From: Candidatus Methylomirabilis sp.
GTDB lineage: Bacteria > Muiribacteriota > Ozemobacteria > Ozemobacterales > Ozemobacteraceae
Length of the DNA: 64,000 nt
Assembly (NCBI GenBank): GCA_020722725.1
Contig: DYKG01000001.1
Span: 215,106-279,105 of the forward strand
Reading direction: 5' to 3'
The notes beneath the pieces are model-generated. The model made no database searches, was not told where the DNA came from, and saw only the letters and a list, made by a program, of their open reading frames with translations. Shown here piece by piece: positions 1 through 9,895 of the stretch (the stretch's first letter is position 1; every line of letters starts with the position of its first letter). The translations under genes were made by a program, and so were the position numbers.

Positions 1-1
1 C

Positions 2-826
2 CACGAAAAAGAGCTTGAAGAAATTGCCCATGAGCTTGACCTGAAAAACCAGGCTTTACAGAATATGCTCGATGAACTGCATGACGATCTTGAAGCCGCA
101 GCCAGGATGCAGCGCAGTCTTTTGCCCGACCCGCTTTTTTCAATCTCAGGTTTTGATTTTGCCTGGTATTTTGAACCCTGTGAAACCATTGGCGGAGATT
201 TGTTGAATATTTTTCCGGCGGGTGAAAACGAGGTGGGCTTTTTCATTATCGATGTCTCAGGTCACGGAATTCAGTCGGCGATGCTTGCAGTAAGCGCTCA
301 TCGCATGCTTTCTGCCTGGGAAGGCAAAAACGGTATCATTCGTAACCCTGATGGAACAATGCGATCACCTGATCAGGTAGTTAATGAGCTTAATCGTGAA
401 TTTCTTCTGCAGAAGAACAATTACCAGTATTTCACCATGATTTACGGGGTGCTCGACCGCGAAAAACGCACCTTGAGTTATTGCCGTGCCGGGCACACCC
501 CTTTGGTTGTTCAGGGAGCCGATGGCAGTATAAAAGTATTTGAAGAGGGTAATATCCCGGTTGGGTTGAGTGAAGACTCAAGCTATGATCGATTTCAAAT
601 CGAGCTTGAGCCGCAAAGTCGCCTGATTCTTTTTTCAGACGGCATTACCGAGGCGCGCCAGGATTCATGCTTTTTCGGTGAGGAAAGGTTCTTTGATCTG
701 ATTCGCCAGAGTCGGGGTCTTGAGATCAATGATGCGGTTAAAGCGATTATTGCCGGTCTGAAAGCCTGGACCAGCGAAACCCCCCTGGCAGACGATATAA
801 CTCTTCTGATAATCGAAGCCTTGTGA
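2..826 (+). CDS. PP2C-family (SpoIIE/RsbU-type) serine phosphatase domain protein, 5' end truncated by the window edge
   Basis: The reading frame stays open back to nt 2, so the gene starts upstream of the window. The translation carries PPM/SpoIIE-like motifs (ETIGGDLLNIF, FIIDVSGHG, FSDGITEA, and DDITLLI near the C-terminus). Confidence 0.7.
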   Translation, partial: HEKELEEIAHELDLKNQALQNMLDELHDDLEAAARMQRSLLPDPLFSISGFDFAWYFEPCETIGGDLLNIFPAGENEVGFFIIDVSGHGIQSAMLAVSAHRMLSAWEGKNGIIRNPDGTMRSPDQVVNELNREFLLQKNNYQYFTMIYGVLDREKRTLSYCRAGHTPLVVQGADGSIKVFEEGNIPVGLSEDSSYDRFQIELEPQSRLILFSDGITEARQDSCFFGEERFFDLIRQSRGLEINDAVKAIIAGLKAWTSETPLADDITLLIIEAL

Positions 827-828
827 AA

Positions 829-1431
829 TCAGTATCCGTATTGGTTAAACCAGAGCTCAGCTTCTTTTAAAAGCTCCGGGGTATTGATGTTTTTCAAGAC
901 CCATTCATCTTCTGTCAGAACGTGGTTGATGCTATCGGGATTAAGTTGCAGTATTTTCCTTGCGCCTTCGTTTTCGGGCGCAGTAAAAAATTGTTCTCTG
1001 AAGCGGGCAGGGAAAATAGACGGGTGACCCCGATGCTGATGTATGGATGGAACCGTGATCAGTTCAGGGGCATTCAAAAAAGCCCGGCAAAGCGTTCTCA
1101 CTGTTGATTCTGCAATAAGTGGATGGTCAACAGGCCACAGCATTATCGCCGCTTCGGGTGGAATTTTTTCCAGCGCCAGCCTGATTGAACTCAAAGGCCC
1201 GCGCTCGGGGCAGGGGTTTTCGAGCCAGAGGAGGTTGCATGCGTCGGCAATTTCCCTGCTCAGATCGTCGCTTTTCTGGCCAACCAGTACAACCTGGTCG
1301 ATCAGATCGGCATTGCGTTGCAGATTATCAATGATGCGGGTCAGAAAAGTTTTTCTGCCCAGCATTAAATGCTGCTTTTGCTGCCCCATTCTTGAAGAAA
1401 GCCCGGCCAGTAAACATATCGTGCTGATCAA
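829..1431 (-). CDS. MobA/MocA-like nucleotidyltransferase (molybdenum cofactor nucleotidyltransferase family)
   Basis: N-terminal LLAGLSSRMG...K resembles the GT-A NTP-transferase signature (MobA/MocA LAGGxSxRMG), and the length fits at 200 aa. Confidence 0.55.
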   Translation of the reverse strand: MISTICLLAGLSSRMGQQKQHLMLGRKTFLTRIIDNLQRNADLIDQVVLVGQKSDDLSREIADACNLLWLENPCPERGPLSSIRLALEKIPPEAAIMLWPVDHPLIAESTVRTLCRAFLNAPELITVPSIHQHRGHPSIFPARFREQFFTAPENEGARKILQLNPDSINHVLTEDEWVLKNINTPELLKEAELWFNQYGY

Positions 1432-1574
1432 AACTTTTGCCCGCCCAAAGAATGAATTTTCCGAAACTGGTCAGCCCAGAATATCTGCTTTTGCCGCTGA
1501 TTGCAATAGTTGTTGAACGGCGGCGGGCAAATCTGTTATACCTATAAAAAACCTGAAAGCCAAAGGAGATTAAA

Positions 1575-2861
1575 ATGGCAGTTGATCTTAAGAGTTTGAT
1601 ACCCAAGCAGGCAAAGACTCTCTATGAGCTGAAAATAGATGAAGAAATCGTTACCAATCTTATCGTCAAAGAGCTTTATGTTCACGGCAAGGAAATTCCC
1701 CGTCGCCTCGGAAAAACTCTGAGAATCGATACCGAAATCATTCAGCAGGTTATCGCAGATCTGAAGAAGGGCGAAATCGTTGGCATGGTCGGTGGTTCAG
1801 GCATGGGATCAGATTATCAATACGGTCTCTACCCCAAGGGAACTGAGCGTGCAAAAAACATTCTTGACCGTGACCAGTATATTGGCCCCGCTCCGGTCAG
1901 CTTTGATGAATATCTGCGCGTGACTCGGGCGGTTCTCGATGAAAACAAGAAAAACTTTGCGATCAACCAGCGACTGATGGCCGAAAAATTTACGCATCAT
2001 CTGGGTTACAAAGACGTTCTTTTTCAGATCGGTCAGGCGATTTGCGCCCGTAAGCCGGCCTTTGTCTACGGGTTTCCGGGTAATGGTAAAACCTTTCTGT
2101 GCAGTTCGGTAGTTAAGCTTCTGCCCCCAATGGTCGTGCCATACGCCGTAGAAGTCAGTAATCAACTGGTTCGCATCTATGACCCGAGTTGTCATCACCC
2201 GATCGAAGATTTCGATATGGAAGGTCTCGACGAAAGATGGATTCCCATTTATCCGCCATTGATTACTGCCGGTGGTGAATTAACCCTGGAAGATCTTGAA
2301 GTCAAATTCAACAAGAAATTCGGCTGTTTCGATGCACCACCTCAGGTTAAAGCAACCGGCGGCGTTCTGCTCATCGATGACCTTGGGCGCCAGCGCTGTG
2401 AAGTCGAAGAAATTTTCAACCGTTTCATCATTCCCCTTGAAAATAAGGTCGATTACCTGGTTCTTGGTGGGCAGCGCATGGAAGTTCCCACCGATGAAAT
2501 CGTTCTGTTTTCAACCAACCTTGACCCGATGAAAATCGTCGATGACGCATTTCTTCGCCGTTTGCCCTATAAAATCAATGTTCGCAATCCGAATGTCGAT
2601 GAATACACCGAAATCTGGGCATCAACCTGTAAAAAACTTGGCCTGACTTTTGATAAAGCCAATATCGATCAGATTCTTGAGCTTTACAAGCGCGACAAGA
2701 GAGGTTTGCGAGCGGTGCACCCACGCGATGTTCTGACCATTATCAAAGATCGCAAGCGCTATCTTGAAAATGAAAAAGTCGATATCTCGATCGATGAAGT
2801 AAAAGAAGCCTACGGCATTTACTTTGTAAGCAACCTTACTCTGGTCGAAACCATCGAATAA
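1575..2861 (+). CDS. P-loop/AAA+-like ATPase of unknown function
   Basis: A GGAG Shine-Dalgarno precedes the start. Walker A is GFPGNGKTF, and a Walker B-like hhhhDD lies at VLLIDDLGRQ. About 170 aa of N-terminal region precede the ATPase core. Confidence 0.55.
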   Translation: MAVDLKSLIPKQAKTLYELKIDEEIVTNLIVKELYVHGKEIPRRLGKTLRIDTEIIQQVIADLKKGEIVGMVGGSGMGSDYQYGLYPKGTERAKNILDRDQYIGPAPVSFDEYLRVTRAVLDENKKNFAINQRLMAEKFTHHLGYKDVLFQIGQAICARKPAFVYGFPGNGKTFLCSSVVKLLPPMVVPYAVEVSNQLVRIYDPSCHHPIEDFDMEGLDERWIPIYPPLITAGGELTLEDLEVKFNKKFGCFDAPPQVKATGGVLLIDDLGRQRCEVEEIFNRFIIPLENKVDYLVLGGQRMEVPTDEIVLFSTNLDPMKIVDDAFLRRLPYKINVRNPNVDEYTEIWASTCKKLGLTFDKANIDQILELYKRDKRGLRAVHPRDVLTIIKDRKRYLENEKVDISIDEVKEAYGIYFVSNLTLVETIE

Positions 2862-2933
2862 TTGACCGTTTAAATTGCGGCGGGTCTGGTTTATACTTGT
2901 CCCTGCCGCAGTTTTATTTTACCAGGAGCTATT

Positions 2934-3812
2934 TTGAACTGGCTATTCTTTGTAGAAGTCGTAATTGCCGGTCTTTCGGCTGGTCTGTTTACCTGGATTG
3001 CGACTCCTGCCGGCAATCCATGGGATCTGCTTGAGAATTTCCAGACCAGCCTTTTGGCAACCGGTATCTTCTCGGGAATGTTCATCGGCCTTATTTCTGC
3101 TTTGCCGGTTCTGGTTATGGAAAAACGCCTGGTGAAAGCCGGCAGTTACTGGATATCTGCAACCTCGGTCGGTCTGGCAATCAACATGCTGGCTGCGGTA
3201 ATTTTTGCGATTATTGCGGAAGTGCTTCTCGAAAAATTTTCAATATCTCGCGGCCTGTTGCGCCTTTCATGGTGGATATTCATGTCTTTCAGCATTTCAG
3301 CATGCTTTGCCATTCTTCACCATAGCGTAAAAATAGGTTGTCGTGCTCTGATGGGCTTAACACCAGGTTTTATTGTTGCCGGCACCATGCTTGACCGGTT
3401 TCTTCTTATCGAAGAAAAATGGCTGATGGCCTATCTTTTCATGGGCGGTATCATCGGTTCCTGTCTTGCCCTTGCCTGGGAGATTCTCAAAGAAAGCTGG
3501 CTTGACGAAGATGCCGGCGGTTATCTCGTCTTTCGTTATTATATCGATGGGCCTGAATTCGTCGGTGGCGGTGCCGATGAATGCGACTTAAGCATTGATG
3601 GCATGCCCGATAATGTTTTTATGATTTCAGAAAGAGAAGGGCTTCATATTTTAGAGGTAGTTGACGATAAACAGGCTGTTCGCATTAATAATTGCCGGTT
3701 TAGATACCGAATATTATCTGACGGTGATCTGATTGCAGTCGGTGAAAGGTCGTTTGTCTACCATTCAAAGCTGGCCCGTTCGCGGGACATTCTGCCAGAA
3801 GCCGCTGCTTAA
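2934..3812 (+). CDS. Polytopic membrane protein with C-terminal FHA-like domain (TTG start)
   Basis: Five to six hydrophobic helices fill the first ~200 aa. The C-terminal ~90 aa (ECDLSIDGMPDNVFMISEREGLHILEVVDDKQAVRINNCRFRYRILSDGDLIAVGERSFVY) follows the FHA pattern. Confidence 0.5.
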   Translation: MNWLFFVEVVIAGLSAGLFTWIATPAGNPWDLLENFQTSLLATGIFSGMFIGLISALPVLVMEKRLVKAGSYWISATSVGLAINMLAAVIFAIIAEVLLEKFSISRGLLRLSWWIFMSFSISACFAILHHSVKIGCRALMGLTPGFIVAGTMLDRFLLIEEKWLMAYLFMGGIIGSCLALAWEILKESWLDEDAGGYLVFRYYIDGPEFVGGGADECDLSIDGMPDNVFMISEREGLHILEVVDDKQAVRINNCRFRYRILSDGDLIAVGERSFVYHSKLARSRDILPEAAA

Positions 3813-3975
3813 GGGGTGTGTCTGATGAAGGTTGATCTGGTATGTAATGGAAATGCTGCCGTTCTTCGGGTGATTGGCACGCTTAATCGGCATTCTCTAA
3901 AGGCGTAGGTAACATTAGCAACAGGGTCAATAGATTGTTTGACCAGATGCGACTTTTTGAAATTATTCCGAAAGT

Positions 3976-4704
3976 TTAAAGTGAACTTTTGAAATTTTCG
4001 ACCACTTCAGGTCTCTTTTCTTCCCTGATGAGATCGATTACCCATTCGAGACAGGCCGTATTTAGTATTAATCCCCTGGTTACGCCCAGTCGCAGGCTGC
4101 CTTTTTTGCCGACAGTGACCGTCATTGAGCCCAGTGGTGTGGTCACCACCCCTGAAACTGAATCTATGCCGTGATTGCGCGGGTCTATTATATTGTAATC
4201 GGTATAGCTTTCAATATGCCCGGCCAGTCGTGCTCTTCTTATTTCCTTTTCCTTAGGGTTGGTCACCACAATGGTTTTTATTTTTGCCATTCTTTCCTGA
4301 AGCTGGCTCAGCTGATTAAAATCAAACTCGAGCAGGGCAACCTCTCCACCTGTGATGCTTGAAAGAGCCATAGAAAGACCTTTGGCTGGTCCTGGGCGCC
4401 CCATCGTGAACATGGTGCGACCGGTTGCGATGAATTCGCAGCTTTCAATGCGCTTGAAAAGAGTTCTGGTAGTATTGCCTTCAACAAGGTGCTCGACCTC
4501 AAAGGGCACAATTCCGGAAAAATAACCTCTGAGAATCTCACCATCGCAATCGCAGTCGTGAAAACCGGGTATTTCACTTTCGAGATCGAATTGTTCGCCT
4601 TCCTGCATAATTCGGTCAAAAATTTTATTAACCTCTTCCATTTCAGCCTTCCAGCATTTCAGTGACAATGAAGAGCCGGCAATTTCGATTTCGTTGATGG
4701 GCAT
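3976..4704 (-). CDS. Hypothetical protein (242 aa), no recognisable domain
   Basis: Long ORF convergent with the FHA-domain gene. I see no motifs I can assign. Confidence 0.35.
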   Translation of the reverse strand: MPINEIEIAGSSLSLKCWKAEMEEVNKIFDRIMQEGEQFDLESEIPGFHDCDCDGEILRGYFSGIVPFEVEHLVEGNTTRTLFKRIESCEFIATGRTMFTMGRPGPAKGLSMALSSITGGEVALLEFDFNQLSQLQERMAKIKTIVVTNPKEKEIRRARLAGHIESYTDYNIIDPRNHGIDSVSGVVTTPLGSMTVTVGKKGSLRLGVTRGLILNTACLEWVIDLIREEKRPEVVENFKSSL

Positions 4705-4839
4705 GGCTATCCTCCGGAATTTGACTGAGTCACAGTATTTTAATGCAATCGGGGGTACATTACAACTTTATGCTCAGGCATTTTACATTTGCCTGCGCCT
4801 ATGGTACTCTTGCGGCAACAATGGATTTTGGAGAATGGC

Positions 4840-5229
4840 ATGTTCAATAATCGCCGGTTGATTGTTTTTGCTGTAATGCTGACCATCTCGGGTGTGCTTC
4901 TGGCGCAGACGCCGGGTACATCAGGCGACCCTCTGGTCAGTAAGAGTTATCTCGATCATTTTTTTCGTTTCCGTTCAGTGGTCGTTCCGAAAAACACATC
5001 ACTTAAACCCGAACCGGGAGCTCTGATCATCGTGCGCTCAGGGCAGATTGTTCTCGAAGGTTCGAAAGGCAAGACAATTGTTGATCTGACCGCAGGTAAA
5101 GAGATTGCAGTCGGTTCCGAACTACCCCTGAATCATCTGTTGATCATTTCTGATTCAGCTGAATATAAGCTCAATGCCAGAAAGCTGACTTTGATTCTGG
5201 CTTCATGCCTGCAACATGAAAATCCCTGA
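4840..5229 (+). CDS. Small secreted/membrane-anchored hypothetical protein
   Basis: A GGAGAA Shine-Dalgarno lies before ATG 4840. The N-terminus (MFNNRRLIVFAVMLTISGVLLAQT) looks like a signal peptide. The stop is 4 nt before the next gene. Confidence 0.4.
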   Translation: MFNNRRLIVFAVMLTISGVLLAQTPGTSGDPLVSKSYLDHFFRFRSVVVPKNTSLKPEPGALIIVRSGQIVLEGSKGKTIVDLTAGKEIAVGSELPLNHLLIISDSAEYKLNARKLTLILASCLQHENP

Positions 5230-5232
5230 TCG

Positions 5233-8200
5233 ATGCACTCTAAATCGGTAAAATTCAGCTTTCTTTTCATTGTTTTGCCCTTGATTCTTCCTGGGCTGCT
5301 GGTTGCGACCTGGCGTCTTGTTTTTCGTACGGTTGCTGAACAGAAAAACATCTATGTCGAAACGGTTGTGGATTTTGAAGAAATGCGCCAGCTTTCACGT
5401 GAAGAGGGCTGGAAACTGAAAGACCTGTGTTTTTCCATGAAAAAATCGGGGGTCAGTTCAGTCGCAATTTCTGAAGACACCCTGGCCTCCCTGGAATCAG
5501 AAGGCCGAATAACCGTCTTGAGTGCCAAAGAAATTAGAAAGCTTTCTCTTGACGAAGGTTTTCAACATGAATTGCCAGTGGAGCTGGCCTCGCCAGGCGG
5601 GTTATGGATCCATGCCGAAGACTCTGCTTTGCTTGATAGAATCGAACAGCATTTGAGCTGGCGTCTGGACCCGGGTAAAATTGTTCGGTTGCATCGAAAT
5701 TTTCTGTTGGTAAATAAATCTGCCCGCGGATTTCGCGAGCGGGTTGGCCTTGGTTTTTCAAACGAATATTTTGATTTGGCCAATGAGGCCGGTCTGGGCG
5801 TGGTGGTCAGAGTTTTCAATTACCCTGGCTTGAATGCCACCGATTCGGCCGGAATAATCAATGCAATCCCCAGCCCTGCGAGCATTTCCGCTCTTCTGTT
5901 CGCAGAAGAAGAGATGCTTGGCAACCGTGGTGATTTAAAAGGAATTATCGAGCTTTTCAAAAACCGTTCATACCGCATCGGATGGATTGAATTCAATACC
6001 CAGGAAGGTATTGATGCATATCTGCATGGCCTTTCCGATTCGCGGCCATTTGTCAGGGTTCACAGCATCAGTCGAAAGGAAATCGAGCAGAATTATAATG
6101 TTGATCGTGCAGTTGCCCGCTGGATTAGAGCGGTTAAAGACCGGTCGATGAAAATGCTTTATATCAGATGTTTTTTTCAGGACGATCAACGTTATGTTTC
6201 AGATCTTGTGCAATTCAATCTGAACTACATTAAGCGAATTGAAAATGGCCTTCAGGCATCAGGATTCAGGGTTGCCGTTGATTTGGCACAGCGTCTTAAT
6301 GAACCGCGACATATTGTTGGTTCCATGAGTGTCGCTGAGAAAATCGCCATAGCCCTGTCATTAATGCTGGGCTTGCCGCTTCTGTTAAAATTCAGCTTTG
6401 CCCCCGATCTTGATGATCGCTGGTTCTTCGCCGTTGCCATCCTGGTAATTCCGGGATTTTTTGTAACTGGAAATGAAACCTTCACGGGAATCTGTGGCCT
6501 GGCTGGTGCTTTTTCTTTTGCGTCGCTGGGTGTCATTCTTGCTTTTTCGAGCCTGGAAAAGACGGATCAGAATATTTCTGCGCTGGCCATGCTTAAATTT
6601 TTCGGGTTGCTGGTTACCCCTTCCATCATTGGAGGAATACTGGTGGCCGGGTTGTATTCTGAAATTGAATATCTGCTGAAATTCGAGCAATTCAGAGGCA
6701 TCAAGCTGGCATTCATATTGCCGGTTATCTGGGTATTTGTCTGGTCGCTGCGCCAATATGGCCATGGCATTCTCAACGTAATGAATCAGCCATTAACTCC
6801 GCTGATGGGTTTTCTTGGAATTGCGGTTGCATCAGCATTTGCCCTTTATCTGCTAAGGTCGGGAAACCTGACAATTGTTAAGCCTTCGGCTTTTGAAGAT
6901 TCATTTCGCACCTTTCTCGAGAATACTCTGGTTGCAAGGCCGAGGAACAAAGAATTCCTGATTGGTTATCCGGCAGCGGCCCTGTTTATTTTCTTTTACT
7001 TTCGTCGCTGCATGGCCATTTTGCCGTTAATTGCGGTTTTTGTTCAAATGGGGCAGGTATCGGTGGTTAACACCCTGTGTCATTTTCATTCGCCTCTGAC
7101 TTTGAGTTTGCTGCGCATCTTCAACGGATTATGGCTTGGGCTGGCGGTTGCATTGCCGGTTTTAGTTCTTGCGGCAATCTTCTGGCTGATAATGCTTGCC
7201 GGATCCCCTGATCGACGAAAAGTCATTCTTGCCGGTTATATTGGTTTTGGCAATTATGGTGATGAGCTTCTCTGGCAGACTTTTGTCGGGCGATTAAAAC
7301 AGGCCGGCAAAAAGCTCGAACCGGTAATTCTTTCAGCCAGGAAATTTGATAAGTTCAGCGAATGCCAGGTTATTCTTCGCTGTAACCTTTATGATCAGCT
7401 TGAAACAATGGCTGTCGCCAGAGCTCTGGTTTTTCCCGGAGGTGGAATCCTTCAGTCTGCAACCAGCATTGGCAGCTTGATCTACTATATGTGGCTGATT
7501 CTGCTGGCCAAAATTTTTGGCCTGAAAGTTATTCTGCCTGGGCAGGGAATCGGGCCATGGGGAGAAAATGAGAAGAGATTCCCATGGCTTTTCAGAGTTT
7601 TTGCCAGATTGATTCAATCAATTGATTATTTGACCGTCAGAGATGTTGAATCGCAGAAAATCATTAAAGAGCTGGCCGATATCGATGTTCCGGTTTCAGC
7701 TGATCTTGCATTTCTCGACAATCATGAGACGGTTCGCCGAATCGGACCGGCTACCGCAAATTTGAAAATTGCAGTGGTTTTGCGAAGCTCAGTCCCGGAA
7801 TCTGCTGCTATCTGCCGAACTATTGTTGAAATTGCTGAAGAAATGGAAAATCTCAAAGTCATTCCTGTTGCCATGCAGGCTGAAGATGCATTGATCTGGC
7901 AGAATTGCGGCTGGAAAGAGGCCGTTAGTCACGTTTCTGCCAGCGACCGTCTGTTTGCCGATGTTGATCTGGTTGTTTCCATGCGTCTGCATGGTTGTAT
8001 TGTGGCTACTCTCAGAGCTATCCCCTGGATTGGTATTGCGTATGATCCCAAAGTCACTGGTTTCGCCCAGGCCTGCGCATGGAAAAGCTGTTTCAGGCCT
8101 GACCAGATAAATAAAAAACTGCTTGAAGAGCAACTCAACCTTCTGGCGACCAAAAAAGTTGAATTTTCCGAAAAACTCGCCCGGCGTGCCAACGAAATGT

Positions 8201-8253
8201 CCCGTAGAGCTGAAGCAGATTTTAACGCAGTAATCGCCCGCCTAGAAGACTAA
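5233..8253 (+). CDS. Fusion protein: N-terminal polytopic membrane domain (about 640 aa) + C-terminal polysaccharide pyruvyl transferase (CsaB family)
   Basis: The C-terminal ~370 aa begin VILAGYIGFGNYGDELLWQTF, which is the CsaB/PS_pyruv_trans N-terminal signature, followed by GGGILQSATSIG and PGQGIGPW. The N-terminal part has a signal-anchor and about 10 transmembrane helices. Confidence 0.65.
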   Translation: MHSKSVKFSFLFIVLPLILPGLLVATWRLVFRTVAEQKNIYVETVVDFEEMRQLSREEGWKLKDLCFSMKKSGVSSVAISEDTLASLESEGRITVLSAKEIRKLSLDEGFQHELPVELASPGGLWIHAEDSALLDRIEQHLSWRLDPGKIVRLHRNFLLVNKSARGFRERVGLGFSNEYFDLANEAGLGVVVRVFNYPGLNATDSAGIINAIPSPASISALLFAEEEMLGNRGDLKGIIELFKNRSYRIGWIEFNTQEGIDAYLHGLSDSRPFVRVHSISRKEIEQNYNVDRAVARWIRAVKDRSMKMLYIRCFFQDDQRYVSDLVQFNLNYIKRIENGLQASGFRVAVDLAQRLNEPRHIVGSMSVAEKIAIALSLMLGLPLLLKFSFAPDLDDRWFFAVAILVIPGFFVTGNETFTGICGLAGAFSFASLGVILAFSSLEKTDQNISALAMLKFFGLLVTPSIIGGILVAGLYSEIEYLLKFEQFRGIKLAFILPVIWVFVWSLRQYGHGILNVMNQPLTPLMGFLGIAVASAFALYLLRSGNLTIVKPSAFEDSFRTFLENTLVARPRNKEFLIGYPAAALFIFFYFRRCMAILPLIAVFVQMGQVSVVNTLCHFHSPLTLSLLRIFNGLWLGLAVALPVLVLAAIFWLIMLAGSPDRRKVILAGYIGFGNYGDELLWQTFVGRLKQAGKKLEPVILSARKFDKFSECQVILRCNLYDQLETMAVARALVFPGGGILQSATSIGSLIYYMWLILLAKIFGLKVILPGQGIGPWGENEKRFPWLFRVFARLIQSIDYLTVRDVESQKIIKELADIDVPVSADLAFLDNHETVRRIGPATANLKIAVVLRSSVPESAAICRTIVEIAEEMENLKVIPVAMQAEDALIWQNCGWKEAVSHVSASDRLFADVDLVVSMRLHGCIVATLRAIPWIGIAYDPKVTGFAQACAWKSCFRPDQINKKLLEEQLNLLATKKVEFSEKLARRANEMSRRAEADFNAVIARLED

Positions 8254-8260
8254 GATTCCA

Positions 8261-8307
8261 AAAACAAAAACCCCGGTCCGGAATAAACCAGGCCGGGGTT
8301 TGTTTCT
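8261..8307. terminator. Bidirectional rho-independent terminator between convergent genes
   Basis: AAACCCCGG ... CCGGGGTTT stem, flanked by A-run/T-run on both sides (aaaaacaaaaaCCCCGG...CCGGGGtttgtttctc). Confidence 0.5.
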
Positions 8308-8357
8308 CATGGGAACGGCATGATTCAGAAAATCTGCCCGATCAGGCGAGATCAAAA

Positions 8358-9794
8358 TCAATAGCGATAATGATCGGGTTTATAGGGGCCTTCTTTATCT
8401 ACGCCGAGATAAGCAGCCTGCTCGTCGGAAAGCCTGGTGAGTTTCGCGCCAATTTTTTCCAGGTGTAATCTGGCAACTTCTTCATCGAGTTTCTTTGAAA
8501 GGGTGTAGACACCGATTTCTTTGGGGTTAGTCCACAGGTCAAGCTGTGCCAGGGTCTGATTCGAGAATGAGTTGCTCATTACAAAACTGGGGTGACCTGT
8601 AGCGCAGCCAAGATTAACCAGGCGGCCTTCGGCAAGAATGTAGATGCTGTGCCCATCTTTATAGGTATAGCGGTCAACTTGAGGCTTGATGTTGGTCTTT
8701 TTGATTTCAGGCCATTTTTCAATCTTAGCCATCTGAATTTCATTGTCGAAATGGCCAATATTGCAGACAATTGCCTGGTCTTTCATTTTTGCGCAATGGT
8801 CAGCGGTAATTACATCTCTGTTGCCGGTGGTGGTGATATAAATATCAGCGGCGCCAAGAGTATCTTCGACGGTCTTTACTTCGAAACCTTCCATCGCGGC
8901 CTGAAGAGCACAGATCGGGTCGATTTCGGTAACGATTACGCGGGCACCGAAATTGCGCATGCTCTGGGCACAGCCTTTGCCAACGTCACCGTAACCGCAG
9001 ACAACCGCAACTTTGCCGGCTACCATTACATCGGTGGCACGCTTGATGCCGTCCGCCAGACTCTCGCGGCAGCCATAAAGATTGTCGAATTTTGATTTGG
9101 TTACTGAATCGTTAACATTGATGGCGGGGAAAAGCAGGGTTTTGTTTTCCATCATCTTGTAAAGGCGATGAACACCAGTAGTGGTTTCTTCACTTACGCC
9201 TTTGATTTTTTTTGCCATTTTGGTCCATTTCTGGGGTTCGCTCTTGATGGTTTCTTTAAGAATTTTGAGAAGTTCTGCCTCGTCTTCGCCTTCAGCATGC
9301 CGATCGAGCACCGAATGATCTTTTTCTGCCTGGGCGCCGCGATGAACCATCAATGTGGCATCGCCACCGTCGTCGACAATAAGATCCGGGCCCTGTCCAT
9401 CAGGCCATACAATTGCTTCACGGGTGCACCACCAGTATTCCTTGAGGGTTTCGCCTTTCCAGGCAAAAACCGGAATGCCGCGCTTGGCAATTGCTGCAGC
9501 AGCGGTGTCCTGGGTTGAAAAAATGTTACAACTGCACCAGCGCACATCAGCGCCAAGTTCAGCCAGAGTTTCGATCAAAACAGCAGTCTGCACGGTCATG
9601 TGCAGTGAGCCCATTACTCTTGCCCCGCGCAGGGGTTTCTGAGAAGAATATTTATTGCGAATTGCCATCAGGCCAGGCATTTCGTGTTCAGCAATTTCGA
9701 TTTCCTTGCGGCCAAGCTGCCACAATTCGATGTCTTTTACTTTGTAGGGAAGTCGGTTAGTCACGGTTTCTTTCTCCATGGAAGTCTGGGTCAT
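8358..9794 (-). CDS. ahcY: Adenosylhomocysteinase (S-adenosyl-L-homocysteine hydrolase)
   Basis: Full-length 478 aa. The N-terminus ([27 protein letters not shown]) and the NAD-binding segment ([17 protein letters not shown]) are characteristic. Confidence 0.95.
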   Translation of the reverse strand: MTQTSMEKETVTNRLPYKVKDIELWQLGRKEIEIAEHEMPGLMAIRNKYSSQKPLRGARVMGSLHMTVQTAVLIETLAELGADVRWCSCNIFSTQDTAAAAIAKRGIPVFAWKGETLKEYWWCTREAIVWPDGQGPDLIVDDGGDATLMVHRGAQAEKDHSVLDRHAEGEDEAELLKILKETIKSEPQKWTKMAKKIKGVSEETTTGVHRLYKMMENKTLLFPAINVNDSVTKSKFDNLYGCRESLADGIKRATDVMVAGKVAVVCGYGDVGKGCAQSMRNFGARVIVTEIDPICALQAAMEGFEVKTVEDTLGAADIYITTTGNRDVITADHCAKMKDQAIVCNIGHFDNEIQMAKIEKWPEIKKTNIKPQVDRYTYKDGHSIYILAEGRLVNLGCATGHPSFVMSNSFSNQTLAQLDLWTNPKEIGVYTLSKKLDEEVARLHLEKIGAKLTRLSDEQAAYLGVDKEGPYKPDHYRY

Positions 9795-9895
9795 TGAAAA
9801 ACTCCTTGTGTACCCTTTAAGGGTGGCTAAAAACAGGTCTCAATTATCGCATCCGCGGGCGCAAAAGTCAAATGTCGCCGGGGGCAAAGTTGAAG

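Noticed and set aside
922-2198. Numerous 60-160-aa ORFs on the opposite strand of well-supported genes (e.g. 922-1107, 1043-1516, 1809-2198, and 8592-9095 inside ahcY)
   Set aside because: They are entirely embedded in antisense of strong, motif-bearing coding sequences and are low-complexity. They are ordinary antisense ORFs.
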